64,000 nt of DNA, taken from assembly GCA_902582755.1 (NCBI GenBank), contig CACHSZ010000002.1, forward strand, positions 9,651 through 73,650. The letters run 5' to 3'. Positions 40,556 through 53,768 of this stretch are shown piece by piece (position 1 is the stretch's first letter; the number at the start of each line of letters is the position of its first letter). Source of the DNA: an uncultured Alphaproteobacteria bacterium (lineage in GTDB: Bacteria; Pseudomonadota; Alphaproteobacteria; HIMB59; GCA-002718135). Position numbers and translations under genes: made by a program. The notes beneath the pieces were generated by a model, which saw only the letters and a list, made by a program, of their open reading frames with translations, ran no database searches and had not been told where the DNA came from.

Positions 40556-41737
40556 ATGAGCACTGAATTAATAGTTCCAACACTTGGAGAGTCAATTACG
40601 GAAGCAACTGTTTCAAAATGGCTTAAGAATATAGGCGATAATTTTGAAGCAGATGAACCTTTAGTTGAAATTGAAACTGACAAAATTACAGTTGAAGTAC
40701 CAGCCCCTCATGCAGGATCTCTAAAAGAAATAAAAGTTTCTGAAGGAACTGATGTTGAAATTGGAGGTATTTTAGGAATCTTAGATGAATCTAAAGGTAA
40801 AAAATCAACTCCTAAAAAAACTGAAACTAAAGAAGAAAAAGTAAAAGAAGAAGTAAAAGAAGTTAAGGTTGAAACAAAATCTTCACCTGCCAAATCTTCT
40901 CCATCTGCAAGAAAAATAGCTGAGGAAAATAATATCAAACTAGAAAATGTCACCTCATCCCGTTCTGATGGAAGAATTAATAAAGAAGATGTAGTTTCTC
41001 ATCTTTCTTCTTTAAATAAAACAACCACTAACAAAGGTGAAAGAGAAGAAGTTGTTAAAATGTCTAAAATCAGACAGACAATATCTAAACGTTTAAAGGA
41101 GGCTCAAAATACAGCAGCCATTCTTACGACTTTCAATGAAATTGACATGTCCAAAGTTATGGAAATTAGAAAATCAAAAAACCAAGAATTTCAAAGTCGG
41201 TATGAGGTCAAATTAGGTTTCATGTCATTTTTTGTAAAAGCGGTAGTAAAAAGTTTGCAAGAGTATCCAGCTGTGAATGCTGAAATTAAAGATGAAAATA
41301 TAATTTATAAAAATCATTTTGATATAGGTATAGCTGTTGGAACTGAAAAAGGATTAGTCGTACCAATACTTAAGGACGCCGATCAATTGAGTTTTGGAGA
41401 AATAGAAACTAAAATTATTGATCTTAGTACAAAAGCCAAAGATGGAACGCTGACCATGGACGATTTGACTGGTGGAACTTTTACAATTTCAAATGGTGGC
41501 GTTTACGGATCAATGCTCAGCACTCCAATAATCAATAGACCTCAATCTGGAATTTTAGGGATGCATAATATTCAAAAAAGAGCAGTAGTTGTAAATGATG
41601 AAATAGTGATTAGGCCAACGATGTATGTTGCATTAAGTTATGATCATAGAATTATTGATGGAAAAGAAAGTGTTGGATTTTTAGTGAAAGTAAAAGAACT
41701 TTTAGAAGATCCATCCGAATTAGTATTAGGAATATAA
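40556..41737 (+). CDS. sucB: dihydrolipoamide succinyltransferase E2 component
   Basis: 393 aa. Lipoyl domain (ETDKITVEV), K/E/P-rich linker, E3-binding motif PSARK and catalytic DHRIIDG. Confidence 0.95.
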   Translation: MSTELIVPTLGESITEATVSKWLKNIGDNFEADEPLVEIETDKITVEVPAPHAGSLKEIKVSEGTDVEIGGILGILDESKGKKSTPKKTETKEEKVKEEVKEVKVETKSSPAKSSPSARKIAEENNIKLENVTSSRSDGRINKEDVVSHLSSLNKTTTNKGEREEVVKMSKIRQTISKRLKEAQNTAAILTTFNEIDMSKVMEIRKSKNQEFQSRYEVKLGFMSFFVKAVVKSLQEYPAVNAEIKDENIIYKNHFDIGIAVGTEKGLVVPILKDADQLSFGEIETKIIDLSTKAKDGTLTMDDLTGGTFTISNGGVYGSMLSTPIINRPQSGILGMHNIQKRAVVVNDEIVIRPTMYVALSYDHRIIDGKESVGFLVKVKELLEDPSELVLGI

Positions 41738-41738
41738 A

Positions 41739-43136
41739 ATGGAAGATTTTGATTTAATAGTAATTGGTGCGGGACCTGGCGGATATGTAGCTGCAATCAG
41801 AGCAGCTCAACTTGGAATGAAGGTTGCTTGTATAGAAAAAGAGCCATCACTTGGTGGAACTTGCTTGAACATTGGATGCATACCTTCTAAAGCATTACTA
41901 AATTCATCTGAAAAATTTGTTGAAATTTCAAATCATGCTGCAGAGCATGGCATAAAAACATCAAAGATAGATTTAGACCTAAATGTTTTGATGGATCGCA
42001 AAACTAAAATTGTAAAAAAACTTACAACAGGGATCGGTTTTTTATTTAAGAAAAATAAAATAACGCATATTCCTGGCACGGCTTCATTTGTAGATAAAAA
42101 TACTATTTCTATTACAAATGGAAAAAATGAAATTACTGCCAGTGCTAAAAATTTTATTATCGCAACAGGATCATCTTCGATTGAGATACCAAATATTCCT
42201 GTTGATGAAAAACAAATAGTATCTTCAACAGGTGCTCTTTCTCTATCTAAAATACCAAAATCACTCCTAGTTATTGGTGGTGGATATATTGGACTAGAGA
42301 TGGGATCAGTATGGAGTAGATTAGGCTCAAAGGTAACAGTTGTTGAAGCTCTTGACAGAATTGTTCCAACTATGGATGGTGAAATTGCAAAAGAGTTTAT
42401 GAAAATGTTAACTAAACAAGGATTAGAATTTAAATTATCTCATAAAGTTAGTTCTGCAAAATCTAGTAAGTCAGGTGTAGATGTTGAGATGGAAACATCA
42501 GATAAAAAGAAAATAAAAGAAAACTACGAAATAGTTTTAATGTCAGTAGGAAGAAAACCAAACACAGAGGGACTGGGTCTCGAAAAAATTGGTATTAAAT
42601 TAACAGAAAAAAAATCCATTGAAATTAAAGATAATTTTCAAACTTCTGTTGAAGGAATCTACGCAATTGGCGATGTAGCTCCAGGACCAATGCTAGCACA
42701 CAAAGCTGAAGAAGAAGGAGTGGCTTGTGTTGAATTTATAAACGGTCAAAAACCTCATATAAACTACGATGCTATACCAGCGATTGTTTATACCAATCCA
42801 GAGATAGCATCAGTTGGAAAAACAGAGGAACAACTCAAGCTAGAAAAGAAAGACTTCAAGGTTGGAAAATTTCCTTTTATGGCAAATGGCCGTGCCTTAA
42901 CTACCTCTGCATCAGAAGGATTTGTTAAAATTTTGGTTGATAAACACACAGATGAAATTTTAGGTGCTCATATAATCGGTCATGATGCTGGACAACTGAT
43001 CGCTGAAATTGTTACGACAATAGAATTTGGTGGTAGTGCAGAAGATATTGCTAGAGTATGTCACGCTCATCCAACAACTAGTGAAGCAGTAAAAGAAGCA
43101 GCTTTAAGTGTTGATGGTAGAGCAATTCATATTTAA
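41739..43136 (+). CDS. lpdA: dihydrolipoamide dehydrogenase E3
   Basis: 465 aa. GAGPGGYVAAIRAAQLG, redox-active GGTCLNIGCIPSK and the C-terminal HAHPT motif. Confidence 0.97.
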   Translation: MEDFDLIVIGAGPGGYVAAIRAAQLGMKVACIEKEPSLGGTCLNIGCIPSKALLNSSEKFVEISNHAAEHGIKTSKIDLDLNVLMDRKTKIVKKLTTGIGFLFKKNKITHIPGTASFVDKNTISITNGKNEITASAKNFIIATGSSSIEIPNIPVDEKQIVSSTGALSLSKIPKSLLVIGGGYIGLEMGSVWSRLGSKVTVVEALDRIVPTMDGEIAKEFMKMLTKQGLEFKLSHKVSSAKSSKSGVDVEMETSDKKKIKENYEIVLMSVGRKPNTEGLGLEKIGIKLTEKKSIEIKDNFQTSVEGIYAIGDVAPGPMLAHKAEEEGVACVEFINGQKPHINYDAIPAIVYTNPEIASVGKTEEQLKLEKKDFKVGKFPFMANGRALTTSASEGFVKILVDKHTDEILGAHIIGHDAGQLIAEIVTTIEFGGSAEDIARVCHAHPTTSEAVKEAALSVDGRAIHI

Positions 43137-43336
43137 ATTTTAGCTAGATCCATTCCTTTTTTGTATTTTTTTGATGATTGTTTTACAACTGCTTGACCGC
43201 ACCTCATAACTTTTCTTTTATGATCAAAAGTCATTTTTGGTTCACCATGTAATTTCCATCCATTAGAGAGTGCCTCTGTTACTCTTTGGCAAAAATCAAC
43301 AGTGTCATCATCTGTAATAAATCTATAACCTTTCAT
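43133..43336 (-). CDS. small DUF1737-like protein
   Basis: 67 aa. YR.ITDDD...F...V.EALS.GW.LHG.P...FD.....RCGQAV resembles my recollection of DUF1737. Its stop codon overlaps the lpdA stop within TTAA. Confidence 0.5.
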   Translation of the reverse strand: MKGYRFITDDDTVDFCQRVTEALSNGWKLHGEPKMTFDHKRKVMRCGQAVVKQSSKKYKKGMDLAKI

Positions 43337-43348
43337 TTTACCTTCCTT

Positions 43349-44011
43349 TCATTTAATACTTAATAAATTTACTTCTATAATTTTAATTAAGTACTCAACA
43401 AGATCAGTTTGCATATCATCTGTGAATTTATTTTTCTCTTTTGATCCCATAGCCAATATTAAACTATCTTCACGAAATTTAACTTTTAATAAAATATATG
43501 ATTTTATCGTTGCTGATTTATTAGGAAAAAATAAAAGTAAACCTTTAGGATTTTGATTTAAATTTGTAACCATTTTGTTTTTAAAATAACTATTTGCAAT
43601 TTTATTATCTATTTGTGATAAGTTTTCTGATCTGATATTTTTATTTGTAACAAAACAATTCATTTCATCACAACCTAAAATTGTTTTAAGATCATATTTA
43701 ATTAAACTTATTAATTTTGGTAAACTTTTTATATTTAAAATTCTAATTGTAGACTTAAGAATTCTTTTCTGTGCGTTTAAATGACTTTTCCCTGCAAGTA
43801 GTACTTTTGTCATTTGATTTTGTAGATCTATATTTTGTTGAGATATTTTTTTATATCTATAAGCTTCTAAATCAACAACCTTACCTGAACTATTATCTAT
43901 TGTTGGAAAATTTAGATCATTAACTAATTCTGAATTTTTAATAAAAAAATTTTTATTTTTTTTTAAAAAATTTATTATTTGTTTTTCGCTAATTTCATCT
44001 TCATGCGCCAT
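43349..44011 (-). CDS. DUF484 family protein (GAF-like)
   Basis: From MAHEDEISEKQIINFLKKNKNFFIKNSELVNDLNFP onward the pattern matches the DUF484 N-terminus (...yL..nPdFf..h.eLl..L.lP). The start at 44011 avoids overlap with tal. The ORF-track start at 44053 would overlap tal by 37 nt. Confidence 0.55.
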   Translation of the reverse strand: MAHEDEISEKQIINFLKKNKNFFIKNSELVNDLNFPTIDNSSGKVVDLEAYRYKKISQQNIDLQNQMTKVLLAGKSHLNAQKRILKSTIRILNIKSLPKLISLIKYDLKTILGCDEMNCFVTNKNIRSENLSQIDNKIANSYFKNKMVTNLNQNPKGLLLFFPNKSATIKSYILLKVKFREDSLILAMGSKEKNKFTDDMQTDLVEYLIKIIEVNLLSIK

Positions 44012-44016
44012 GACGA

Positions 44017-44676
44017 TTATTTTGGCAAGATTTGCTGTCCTGTTTTTGCCCAATCATCGAGAAATGCTTTCAGACCCTTATCTGTGAGAGGATGTTTATA
44101 TAATTCGTGAATAACTTTAGGTGGTAGAGTTGAAACATGGGCACCAATCACAGCTGCATCAATAAGATGTTGAGTGTTTCTTACTGAAGCAACTAATACT
44201 TCCGTATCAAATCCATAATTTTCATACATTATTACTATATCTGAAATCAGATCCATTCCCTTTTCACCAATGTCATCAAGCCTTCCCACAAAAGGAGAAA
44301 TAAATGTTGCTCCAACCTTAGCGGCTAGTAATGCTTGAGCAGCACTAAAACACAATGTTACATTTACCATAATATCTTTTTCTCTAAGGGCTTTGCACGT
44401 TTGAAGACCAGCAGGTGTGAGAGGAACTTTTACAGCAACATTCTTAGCTAATGATGCTAAGTACTCACCTTCTTCAAGCATTTTGTTATATTCAGTTGCC
44501 GTCACTTCTGCACTTACTGGACCAGATACTATGGAACAAATCGCTTTAATTGTTTCTCCCATATCTTTACCACTTTTTGCAATTAGAGATGGGTTTGTCG
44601 TAACACCGTCTATTAATCCACTAGGGATTAACTTTTCAATTTCAGTTATATCAGCAGTGTCTATAAAAAATTTCAT
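44017..44676 (-). CDS. tal: transaldolase / fructose-6-phosphate aldolase (short type 3B)
   Basis: 219 aa. [12 protein letters not shown]......[11 protein letters not shown] and the Schiff-base Lys context VAVKVP. Confidence 0.9.
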   Translation of the reverse strand: MKFFIDTADITEIEKLIPSGLIDGVTTNPSLIAKSGKDMGETIKAICSIVSGPVSAEVTATEYNKMLEEGEYLASLAKNVAVKVPLTPAGLQTCKALREKDIMVNVTLCFSAAQALLAAKVGATFISPFVGRLDDIGEKGMDLISDIVIMYENYGFDTEVLVASVRNTQHLIDAAVIGAHVSTLPPKVIHELYKHPLTDKGLKAFLDDWAKTGQQILPK

Positions 44677-44739
44677 TGTTTGTTGTATACCATATACAAG
44701 TTATTTAGAAAGTTAACATATAAAAAATACATAAATATA

Positions 44740-46695
44740 ATGTTGTACGATGTAGTAGTAACAAGACCTTTCGACAAAGTTTTCACTTATTCTTCAACAA
44801 ATGAGCAACTTGAAATTGGTCAAGTAGTCTTAGTTCCATTTGGAAAAAAAATAGAAGCTGGAATTATTTGGAAGAAGAATGTTAAAAATCCTGGATACGA
44901 GATTAAAGAGGTTACAAAAATTTGCAATGATCTTATCCTTCAGAATTCTTCAATCGATTTTATAAATTGGATTGCAAGTTATACTTTAGCTCCACTAGGA
45001 GCAGTTTTAAAATTATTTCTTATTAACAATGATATAGTTGAATTTGATAAGAAAAAATTAGATAGTTTCAATAAAACCGAACCTTCTTTAGTGACCCTGA
45101 GTGAAGATCAAGCAAATTCATTTAAAGAAATCACCCAATCATTTAATAAATCAAACAAACCTGTTTTATTAGAAGGTGTAACAGGCTCTGGTAAAACTGA
45201 AGTATATTTTGAAATAATAGATAAATTTTTAAAAGAAAAAAAACAAATATTAATAATGGTTCCAGAAATTAGCTTAACACCACAATTAGAGACAAGAGTA
45301 AAGAAGCGTTTTGGAATGGAAGTGTGTTTATGGCATTCTAAAATTACAAAAAAAAATAGGCAAAAAATTTGGCATAAATGTTTTGCAGGAGATTCATTTA
45401 TTGTTATTGGTGCTCGTTCAAGTTTATTTCTTCCTTTTACAAATTTAGGATTAATTGTTGTCGATGAAGAACATGACTCTAGTTACAAACAAGAGGACAA
45501 TATACGTTACCAAGCAAGAGATCTTGCAGTTGTAAGATCTAAAATTGAAAAAAATTTTATATTATTAGCTTCGGCAACGCCGTCTTTAGAAACAATAAAT
45601 AATGTTAAAATTAAAAAATATGATCAAGTCTATTTATCAAAACAATTTTCTGGAACTCCATTACCTGAAATTTCTGTAATTGATTTAAATAAAAATAAAC
45701 TTGATAAAGATAAATGGATATCACAATCAATTATAGATTCTATTTCTCAGTGCTTAGAAAATAATGAACAAACTCTTATTTTTTTAAATCGTAGAGGATA
45801 TTCTCCATTAACCTTGTGTAATAGTTGTGGATTCAGATATGAATGTGATCAATGTTCATCATGGATGGTAATGCATCAACACAAAAAAGTTTTCTTATGC
45901 CATCAATGTGGAACTATAAAAAAATTAAATTTAGATTGTCCTCAATGTAATGAAAAAGATAGTATAAAATTTGTTGGTCCTGGAGTTGAAAGAGTTGCAG
46001 AGGAGTTAAAAGAATTCTTTCCAAGGAAAAATATTTCCATCATGTCTAGCGACAATGTTAATACACCAAACAAAATTAAAAAATTTATTACTGATATAAA
46101 CAACAAAGATATAGATATAATTGTAGCCACACAAATTATGGCAAAAGGATATGATTTTCCAAATTTGTCATTAGTAGGAATCATTGATGCGGACGCAGGT
46201 TTATTTGGCGGTGATCCTAGAGCTATAGAAAAAACTTTTAACCTACTTCAGCAAGTTGGAGGAAGAGCTGGTAGAGGAAAAAAAATTGGTAAAGTTTTTC
46301 TTCAAACATATTTTCCAGATCAAGAAATAATTAAGTCGATTCAACTTCGAGAAAGAGAAGCTTTTATTGAAAGAGCTTTAGAAGAGAGAAAGAATTTTAA
46401 TATTCCTCCTTTTGGTTTTATGACTTCAATAATTCTTTCAAGTCATACAAAAGCTCTAGTTTTTAAACAAGCTTCAAGACTGGCTCAACAAGGTCAAAAT
46501 AGTGAAAATATTAAAATTCTAGGTCCAGTTGAAGCTCCAATTTTTTTGCTTAGAGGACAATATCGATATAGAATATTATTGAAGAGCAATAGTAGAAAAA
46601 ATCTGAATAAATTCACAAAAAAAATTCTCGAAAAGACTAAATTACCTTCTTCTGTAAAGTTAATTATTGATGTCGATCCCTACTCATTTATGTAA
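44740..46695 (+). CDS. priA: primosomal replication protein N' (PriA helicase)
   Basis: MLYDVVVTRPFDKVFTY start, Walker A GVTGSGKTEVY, DEEH box and the Cys4-Cys4 zinc region (C.SCG....C..C...M..H...C..CG). The upstream in-frame start at 44680 is less likely. Confidence 0.93.
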   Translation: MLYDVVVTRPFDKVFTYSSTNEQLEIGQVVLVPFGKKIEAGIIWKKNVKNPGYEIKEVTKICNDLILQNSSIDFINWIASYTLAPLGAVLKLFLINNDIVEFDKKKLDSFNKTEPSLVTLSEDQANSFKEITQSFNKSNKPVLLEGVTGSGKTEVYFEIIDKFLKEKKQILIMVPEISLTPQLETRVKKRFGMEVCLWHSKITKKNRQKIWHKCFAGDSFIVIGARSSLFLPFTNLGLIVVDEEHDSSYKQEDNIRYQARDLAVVRSKIEKNFILLASATPSLETINNVKIKKYDQVYLSKQFSGTPLPEISVIDLNKNKLDKDKWISQSIIDSISQCLENNEQTLIFLNRRGYSPLTLCNSCGFRYECDQCSSWMVMHQHKKVFLCHQCGTIKKLNLDCPQCNEKDSIKFVGPGVERVAEELKEFFPRKNISIMSSDNVNTPNKIKKFITDINNKDIDIIVATQIMAKGYDFPNLSLVGIIDADAGLFGGDPRAIEKTFNLLQQVGGRAGRGKKIGKVFLQTYFPDQEIIKSIQLREREAFIERALEERKNFNIPPFGFMTSIILSSHTKALVFKQASRLAQQGQNSENIKILGPVEAPIFLLRGQYRYRILLKSNSRKNLNKFTKKILEKTKLPSSVKLIIDVDPYSFM

Positions 46696-46813
46696 TTTAC
46701 CCACAATTTTAAAAATATCTTCGATTTAACTCATTTGACGCACAAACTGACAGTTTACCTACTTTTTCTGATGTGTTAATAGCCTATCTCTAAACTTCAT
46801 ATGAACTTAATTT

Positions 46814-47371
46814 ATGGCATCTAATACATTATCTGGAGATCTTATATCGGAAAGGTACGGAGCTGCTCTCTATGATCTTGCTTCTGAAAAAAAATGCATT
46901 GATGATATTTTAAAAGATTTTGAATTAGTGAATAAAGCATTGAAAGAAAGTTCAGAATTGAGACAAGTAATTAAAAGTCCATTAGTAAATTCAGATGAGA
47001 AGATTAATATTTTGCTAAAACTATTTTCTAAGGCAAATTTACATAATCTTACGACAACTTTTTTAAAAGTTCTTGATAACAATAAAAGAATTTCAAATAT
47101 CGCTTCTATTATTTTACAATTTAAAAAAATAAACTCTGAAAAAAGAGGTGATATTACTGCTGACATAACATCAGCAAACATATTATCTGATGATGAAAAA
47201 AATAATATTACAAATCAACTTAAAAAATCTTTAGGTGAAAAATTATCTTTAAATTTTGATGTTGATGAAGAAATTATTGGTGGTTTAATTGTTAAGGTTG
47301 GTTCCAAGATGATTGATACATCTATAGCGAATAAAATTAATAAACTTAAAATTGCAATGAAGGGGGCATAA
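46814..47371 (+). CDS. atpH: F1 ATP synthase delta (OSCP) subunit
   Basis: 185 aa. [11 protein letters not shown]-terminus and its position upstream of atpA. Confidence 0.9.
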   Translation: MASNTLSGDLISERYGAALYDLASEKKCIDDILKDFELVNKALKESSELRQVIKSPLVNSDEKINILLKLFSKANLHNLTTTFLKVLDNNKRISNIASIILQFKKINSEKRGDITADITSANILSDDEKNNITNQLKKSLGEKLSLNFDVDEEIIGGLIVKVGSKMIDTSIANKINKLKIAMKGA

Positions 47372-48906
47372 TGGAAATTAAAGCTGCAGAAATATCGTCT
47401 GTAATTAAAGACCAAATAGCTAATTTTGAAACTAAAGCGGATGTTGCTGAGGTTGGAACAGTATTAAGTGTTGGAGATGGAATTGCACGTGTATATGGTC
47501 TTGATCAAGTACAAGCTGGAGAGATGGTAGAATTCCCAGGCGGCATTAAAGGTATGGCCCTCAACCTTGAAATGGATAACGTTGGTGTTTCAATCTTCGG
47601 TGATGATACTGGAATTAAAGAAGGTGACACAGTTAAACGTACAGGAGAAATTGTTGACGTTCCTGTTGGAAAAGAATTGTTAGGACGTGTTGTTGATGGT
47701 TTAGGAAATCCTATTGATGGAAAAGGTCCTATTCAATCTTCTGAAAAGAGAAGAATTGAATTAAAAGCTCCAGGTATTATTCCTCGTCAAAGTGTATCTG
47801 AACCTATGCAGACAGGTATTAAAGCACTTGATGCTCTTGTTCCAGTTGGAAGAGGACAGCGTGAATTAATAATTGGTGACAGACAAACAGGTAAAACTGC
47901 TGTTGCTATTGACACAATCTTAAATCAAAAATCTGTAAATCAATCAGACAATGAAAAAGAAAAGTTATATTGTATCTATGTTGCAATTGGTCAGAAAAGA
48001 TCAACAGTTGCTCAAATAGTAAAAACGCTAGAAGATAATGGTGCAATGGAATATACAATTGTTGTATCTGCAACTGCATCAGAGCCTGCACCGTTGCAAT
48101 TTTTATCTGCTTATACTGGCTGTACAATGGGTGAGTATTTTAGAGATAATGGTATGCATGCATTAATTGTTTATGATGATTTATCAAAGCAAGCTGTTGC
48201 TTACAGACAGATGTCTCTTTTATTAAGAAGACCTCCTGGACGTGAAGCATATCCCGGAGATGTATTTTATATTCATAGTCGTCTTTTAGAAAGAGCTGCC
48301 AAAATGAGTGATGAACATGGTGGTGGAAGTTTGACTGCCCTTCCAATTATTGAAACTCAAGCAGGGGATTTATCAGCTTATATTCCAACGAATGTTATAT
48401 CCATTACTGATGGACAGATATTCTTGGAAACCAACCTATTCTTTGCTGGTATTCGACCTGCAATTAACGTTGGTCTTTCTGTAAGTCGCGTTGGTTCTGC
48501 TGCGCAAACAAAAGCAATGAAAAAAATTGCTGGTCCTGTAAAACTAGAATTAGCTCAATATCGTGAAATGGCTGCTTTTGCACAGTTTGCATCAGACTTA
48601 GACGCTTCAACGAAACAATTACTTGATCGTGGTGCAAGACTAGTTGAAATTTTAAAACAAGGTCAATATTCACCACTAACGGTCTCAGAGCAAGTTGTAT
48701 CTATTTATGCAGGTGTACGCGGATATCTTGATAAAGTTGCAGTAGGCGATGTAGTCAAGTTTGAAACAGAAGTTTTAAATGAGATTAGAACTAAGCATAG
48801 TGATTTATTAGATGCTATTGCCAATGAAAAAGAATTATCTAAAGAAAATGATGATAAATTAAAATCAATCTTAGATGATTTGGTTGGAAAGTTTGCAAGT
48901 AACTAA
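47371..48906 (+). CDS. atpA: F1 ATP synthase alpha subunit
   Basis: 511 aa. GDRQTGKTA Walker A and the [13 protein letters not shown] motif. Confidence 0.98.
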   Translation: MEIKAAEISSVIKDQIANFETKADVAEVGTVLSVGDGIARVYGLDQVQAGEMVEFPGGIKGMALNLEMDNVGVSIFGDDTGIKEGDTVKRTGEIVDVPVGKELLGRVVDGLGNPIDGKGPIQSSEKRRIELKAPGIIPRQSVSEPMQTGIKALDALVPVGRGQRELIIGDRQTGKTAVAIDTILNQKSVNQSDNEKEKLYCIYVAIGQKRSTVAQIVKTLEDNGAMEYTIVVSATASEPAPLQFLSAYTGCTMGEYFRDNGMHALIVYDDLSKQAVAYRQMSLLLRRPPGREAYPGDVFYIHSRLLERAAKMSDEHGGGSLTALPIIETQAGDLSAYIPTNVISITDGQIFLETNLFFAGIRPAINVGLSVSRVGSAAQTKAMKKIAGPVKLELAQYREMAAFAQFASDLDASTKQLLDRGARLVEILKQGQYSPLTVSEQVVSIYAGVRGYLDKVAVGDVVKFETEVLNEIRTKHSDLLDAIANEKELSKENDDKLKSILDDLVGKFASN

Positions 48907-48909
48907 TCT

Positions 48910-51234
<2,325 letters not shown>

Positions 51235-51235
<1 letters not shown>

Positions 51236-51633
51236 TGGCTACCATTTCTTTTGATTTAGTTTCTCCAGAAAACCTTGTTTTCAATGATGAAGTTGGTACT
51301 ATAATTGTCCCTGGTAAAGATGGTGACTTAGGTATTTTACCAGGACATAGTAAGGTAATGTCTTCTCTTAGACCAGGAAGAGTAATGGTATACAGTGAAG
51401 ATAAAAATTTAATTAAATCCTTTTTTGTTTCTGGTGGTTTTGCAGAAATCAATCCTGAAAAATGTATTGTTCTTGCAGAAAGTGTTGTTGAAGTTAATTC
51501 TTTAGAAAAAACATCAATTGAAAAAGAAATACAAGAATTAGAAAATAAGGAAGGCAAAGAAACAGAGGAACAACTTTCTGTAGCTAAAGCAAAATTAGAA
51601 GCAATAAATGTAAATTATTACGATAAAATTTAA
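51235..51633 (+). CDS. atpC: F1 ATP synthase epsilon subunit
   Basis: 132 aa. Its position after atpD (TAATG overlap) and the G.LGILPGH motif. Confidence 0.92.
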
Positions 51634-51645
51634 TTTCTTTCTAAA

Positions 51646-52116
51646 CTAAACTTTAACTAAATTACTTCTAAATTCTTTTTGAATTTTTATATAAACGTTT
51701 CTTTTAAATGGTACTGCGTTTTGGCTAATTTCATCATAGTCCATCCATTTCCATTCACTAAACTCAGGATTTTCTGTTCCTACATTTATGTCGTTATCAA
51801 TTCCTGTAAAACGAAATAAAAACCACTTTTGAACTTGACCTATGTATTTATCACCCCAAGGTAATGTCTTGAGTGTTTCTGCAGGTATGTCATAAGAGAT
51901 CCATTCTTGAGATGAATAAATCAAAGATGCATTATTTGTACCAATCTCTTCCATCATTTCTCTCCAAACTGCTTCTTCTGGATTTTCATTTTCATCGATA
52001 CCACCTTGAGGCATTTGCCAATATCCACTAGGATGATCTAATCTTCGACCTACTAAAATTTGATTTCTTGCATTGAGAATCATCATTCCCACGCATTTTC
52101 TATATTTTTTTTGCAT
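51646..52116 (-). CDS. rppH: RNA pyrophosphohydrolase (NUDIX)
   Basis: 156 aa. WQMPQGGIDENENPEEAVWREMMEEIG Nudix box and overall RppH-like layout. Confidence 0.85.
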   Translation of the reverse strand: MQKKYRKCVGMMILNARNQILVGRRLDHPSGYWQMPQGGIDENENPEEAVWREMMEEIGTNNASLIYSSQEWISYDIPAETLKTLPWGDKYIGQVQKWFLFRFTGIDNDINVGTENPEFSEWKWMDYDEISQNAVPFKRNVYIKIQKEFRSNLVKV

Positions 52117-52118
52117 TA

Positions 52119-53414
52119 CTATTCTTGAGTTTCATTAAAGAGACTTACACCTTGCACAAGATCAAAAGCTCTACGAAGTTGATAATCAACTTCTAATCGT
52201 TTTTCAAACTCACTTAACTCATTATCTTCATTTTCTTCTACATCTTCTTCATTATTTTTATCAAGAGAGTCTTTTAGATCTGATTCAGAAAATCTTTTAT
52301 AATTAAACGATTCAAATTCTCCTTGTTCAATGATTATATCTGGTACGATGCCCTTACCCTGTATTGATTCACCTGAAGGAGTATAATATCTAGCGGTAGT
52401 TAGTCTTATACCAGTTAGATTATCACTATTTGAAACTTGAAAAGGAATTATTGTTTGAACTGAACCCTTTCCAAAAGATTGTGTACCTATAATGATTGCT
52501 CTTTTATGATCTTGAAGTGCGCCTGCAACAATTTCAGAAGCTGATGCGGAACCACCATCAATAATTACAACAAGTGGTTTTCCATTAGTTCTATCAGACT
52601 TCTTTGCACGATATCTTCTTATATCTTTTTTATCTCTACCTCTTGTTGAAACAATTTCTCCTCTTTCCAAGAATATATCCGTTACCTTTACTGCTTGAGT
52701 AAGAAGACCACCTGGGTTAGACCGTACATCTAGAACGTAGCCCTTTATTTTATTTTCTTGTTCAATTTTTTTTATAGCGTCTAGAAGACCACTTTCTGTT
52801 TGTTCATTAAAAGATGTTATTCTTAAATATCCAATATTGTTAAGCACTTCACTTTTAACTGATCTAATTTTGATATAATCTCTGATGATTTCAATCTCAA
52901 AAGGTTCAGTATTTGCTCTCGAAATAGTAATTACTATTGGTTCACCTTTTTTGCCTCTCATTAATTCAACAGCTTCATTTAGAGTGAGACCAAAAACAGG
53001 TGTTTCGTCTATTTGAATAATATAATCACCTGCAAGAACCCCAGCTTCATATGCTGGTGTATCTTCTATCGGAGCAATGACTTTCACAAAACCTTCTTCC
53101 ATGGTAATTTCAATACCTAATCCACCGAATTTACCCTCTGTATCCATTTGCATTTCCTGGAATACTTCTTCATTCATAAAACCAGAATGAGGATCTAAAC
53201 CTGACAACATTCCATCAATCGCTTTTTCAATTAATTCTTGGTCCGTAACCTCTTCCACATAGGAAGATCTTACCCTGTCAAATACTTGTCCAAATAGATC
53301 TAAATATTTATATTTTTCTTCATCTGAAGAAGATCCATATGTTTTAGGTGCATGAAGTGTAATGAGGGTGAACAGTAGTATTACTTTTAAAAATACATTT
53401 TTTGAAATTATCAT
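52119..53414 (-). CDS. ctpA: carboxy-terminal processing peptidase (S41)
   Basis: 431 aa. Signal peptide, PDZ region, DVRSNPGG and GSASASEI...SFGKGSVQ catalytic motifs. Confidence 0.92.
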   Translation of the reverse strand: MIISKNVFLKVILLFTLITLHAPKTYGSSSDEEKYKYLDLFGQVFDRVRSSYVEEVTDQELIEKAIDGMLSGLDPHSGFMNEEVFQEMQMDTEGKFGGLGIEITMEEGFVKVIAPIEDTPAYEAGVLAGDYIIQIDETPVFGLTLNEAVELMRGKKGEPIVITISRANTEPFEIEIIRDYIKIRSVKSEVLNNIGYLRITSFNEQTESGLLDAIKKIEQENKIKGYVLDVRSNPGGLLTQAVKVTDIFLERGEIVSTRGRDKKDIRRYRAKKSDRTNGKPLVVIIDGGSASASEIVAGALQDHKRAIIIGTQSFGKGSVQTIIPFQVSNSDNLTGIRLTTARYYTPSGESIQGKGIVPDIIIEQGEFESFNYKRFSESDLKDSLDKNNEEDVEENEDNELSEFEKRLEVDYQLRRAFDLVQGVSLFNETQE

Positions 53415-53419
53415 ATATT

Positions 53420-53755
53420 TTAAGCTAGTTTAGTTTGTGAAGAATCAAAGCTTACTTCCCATAATTTTTCTAATGCATATAATTCTCTAATTTCTTGTCG
53501 AAACAAATGAACAATGATCTCACCAGCATCAACAATTATCCAGTCACATTGAGGTCTTCCTTCAGGATTCGGACATTTTATCCCTGCTCTTTTTAATTTT
53601 TTTACCATTTCATCTGCAGTAGCATCTGAATGTCTAGTTGATCTACAGGTAGCAATCACAAAGGCATCAGCAACGGATGATTTATTAGATAAATCAATAA
53701 CTTTTATATCTTCAGCTTTTGCATCACTTAGTATTGATACAATATTTTCTGTCAA
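53420..53755 (-). CDS. rsfS: ribosome silencing factor RsfS (Iojap)
   Basis: 111 aa. D.KAEDI.VIDL......AD.FVIA...S.RH and W..VD.G.I.VH.F. Confidence 0.9.
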   Translation of the reverse strand: MTENIVSILSDAKAEDIKVIDLSNKSSVADAFVIATCRSTRHSDATADEMVKKLKRAGIKCPNPEGRPQCDWIIVDAGEIIVHLFRQEIRELYALEKLWEVSFDSSQTKLA

Positions 53756-53768
53756 TGAAGTAATTTTA

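Noticed and set aside
46696-46813. Possible promoter or structured leader upstream of the atp operon (TTGACG at about 46737)
   Set aside because: No acceptable -10 element lies at a 16-18-nt spacing, and there is no GC-rich or self-complementary segment. The region is left unannotated.
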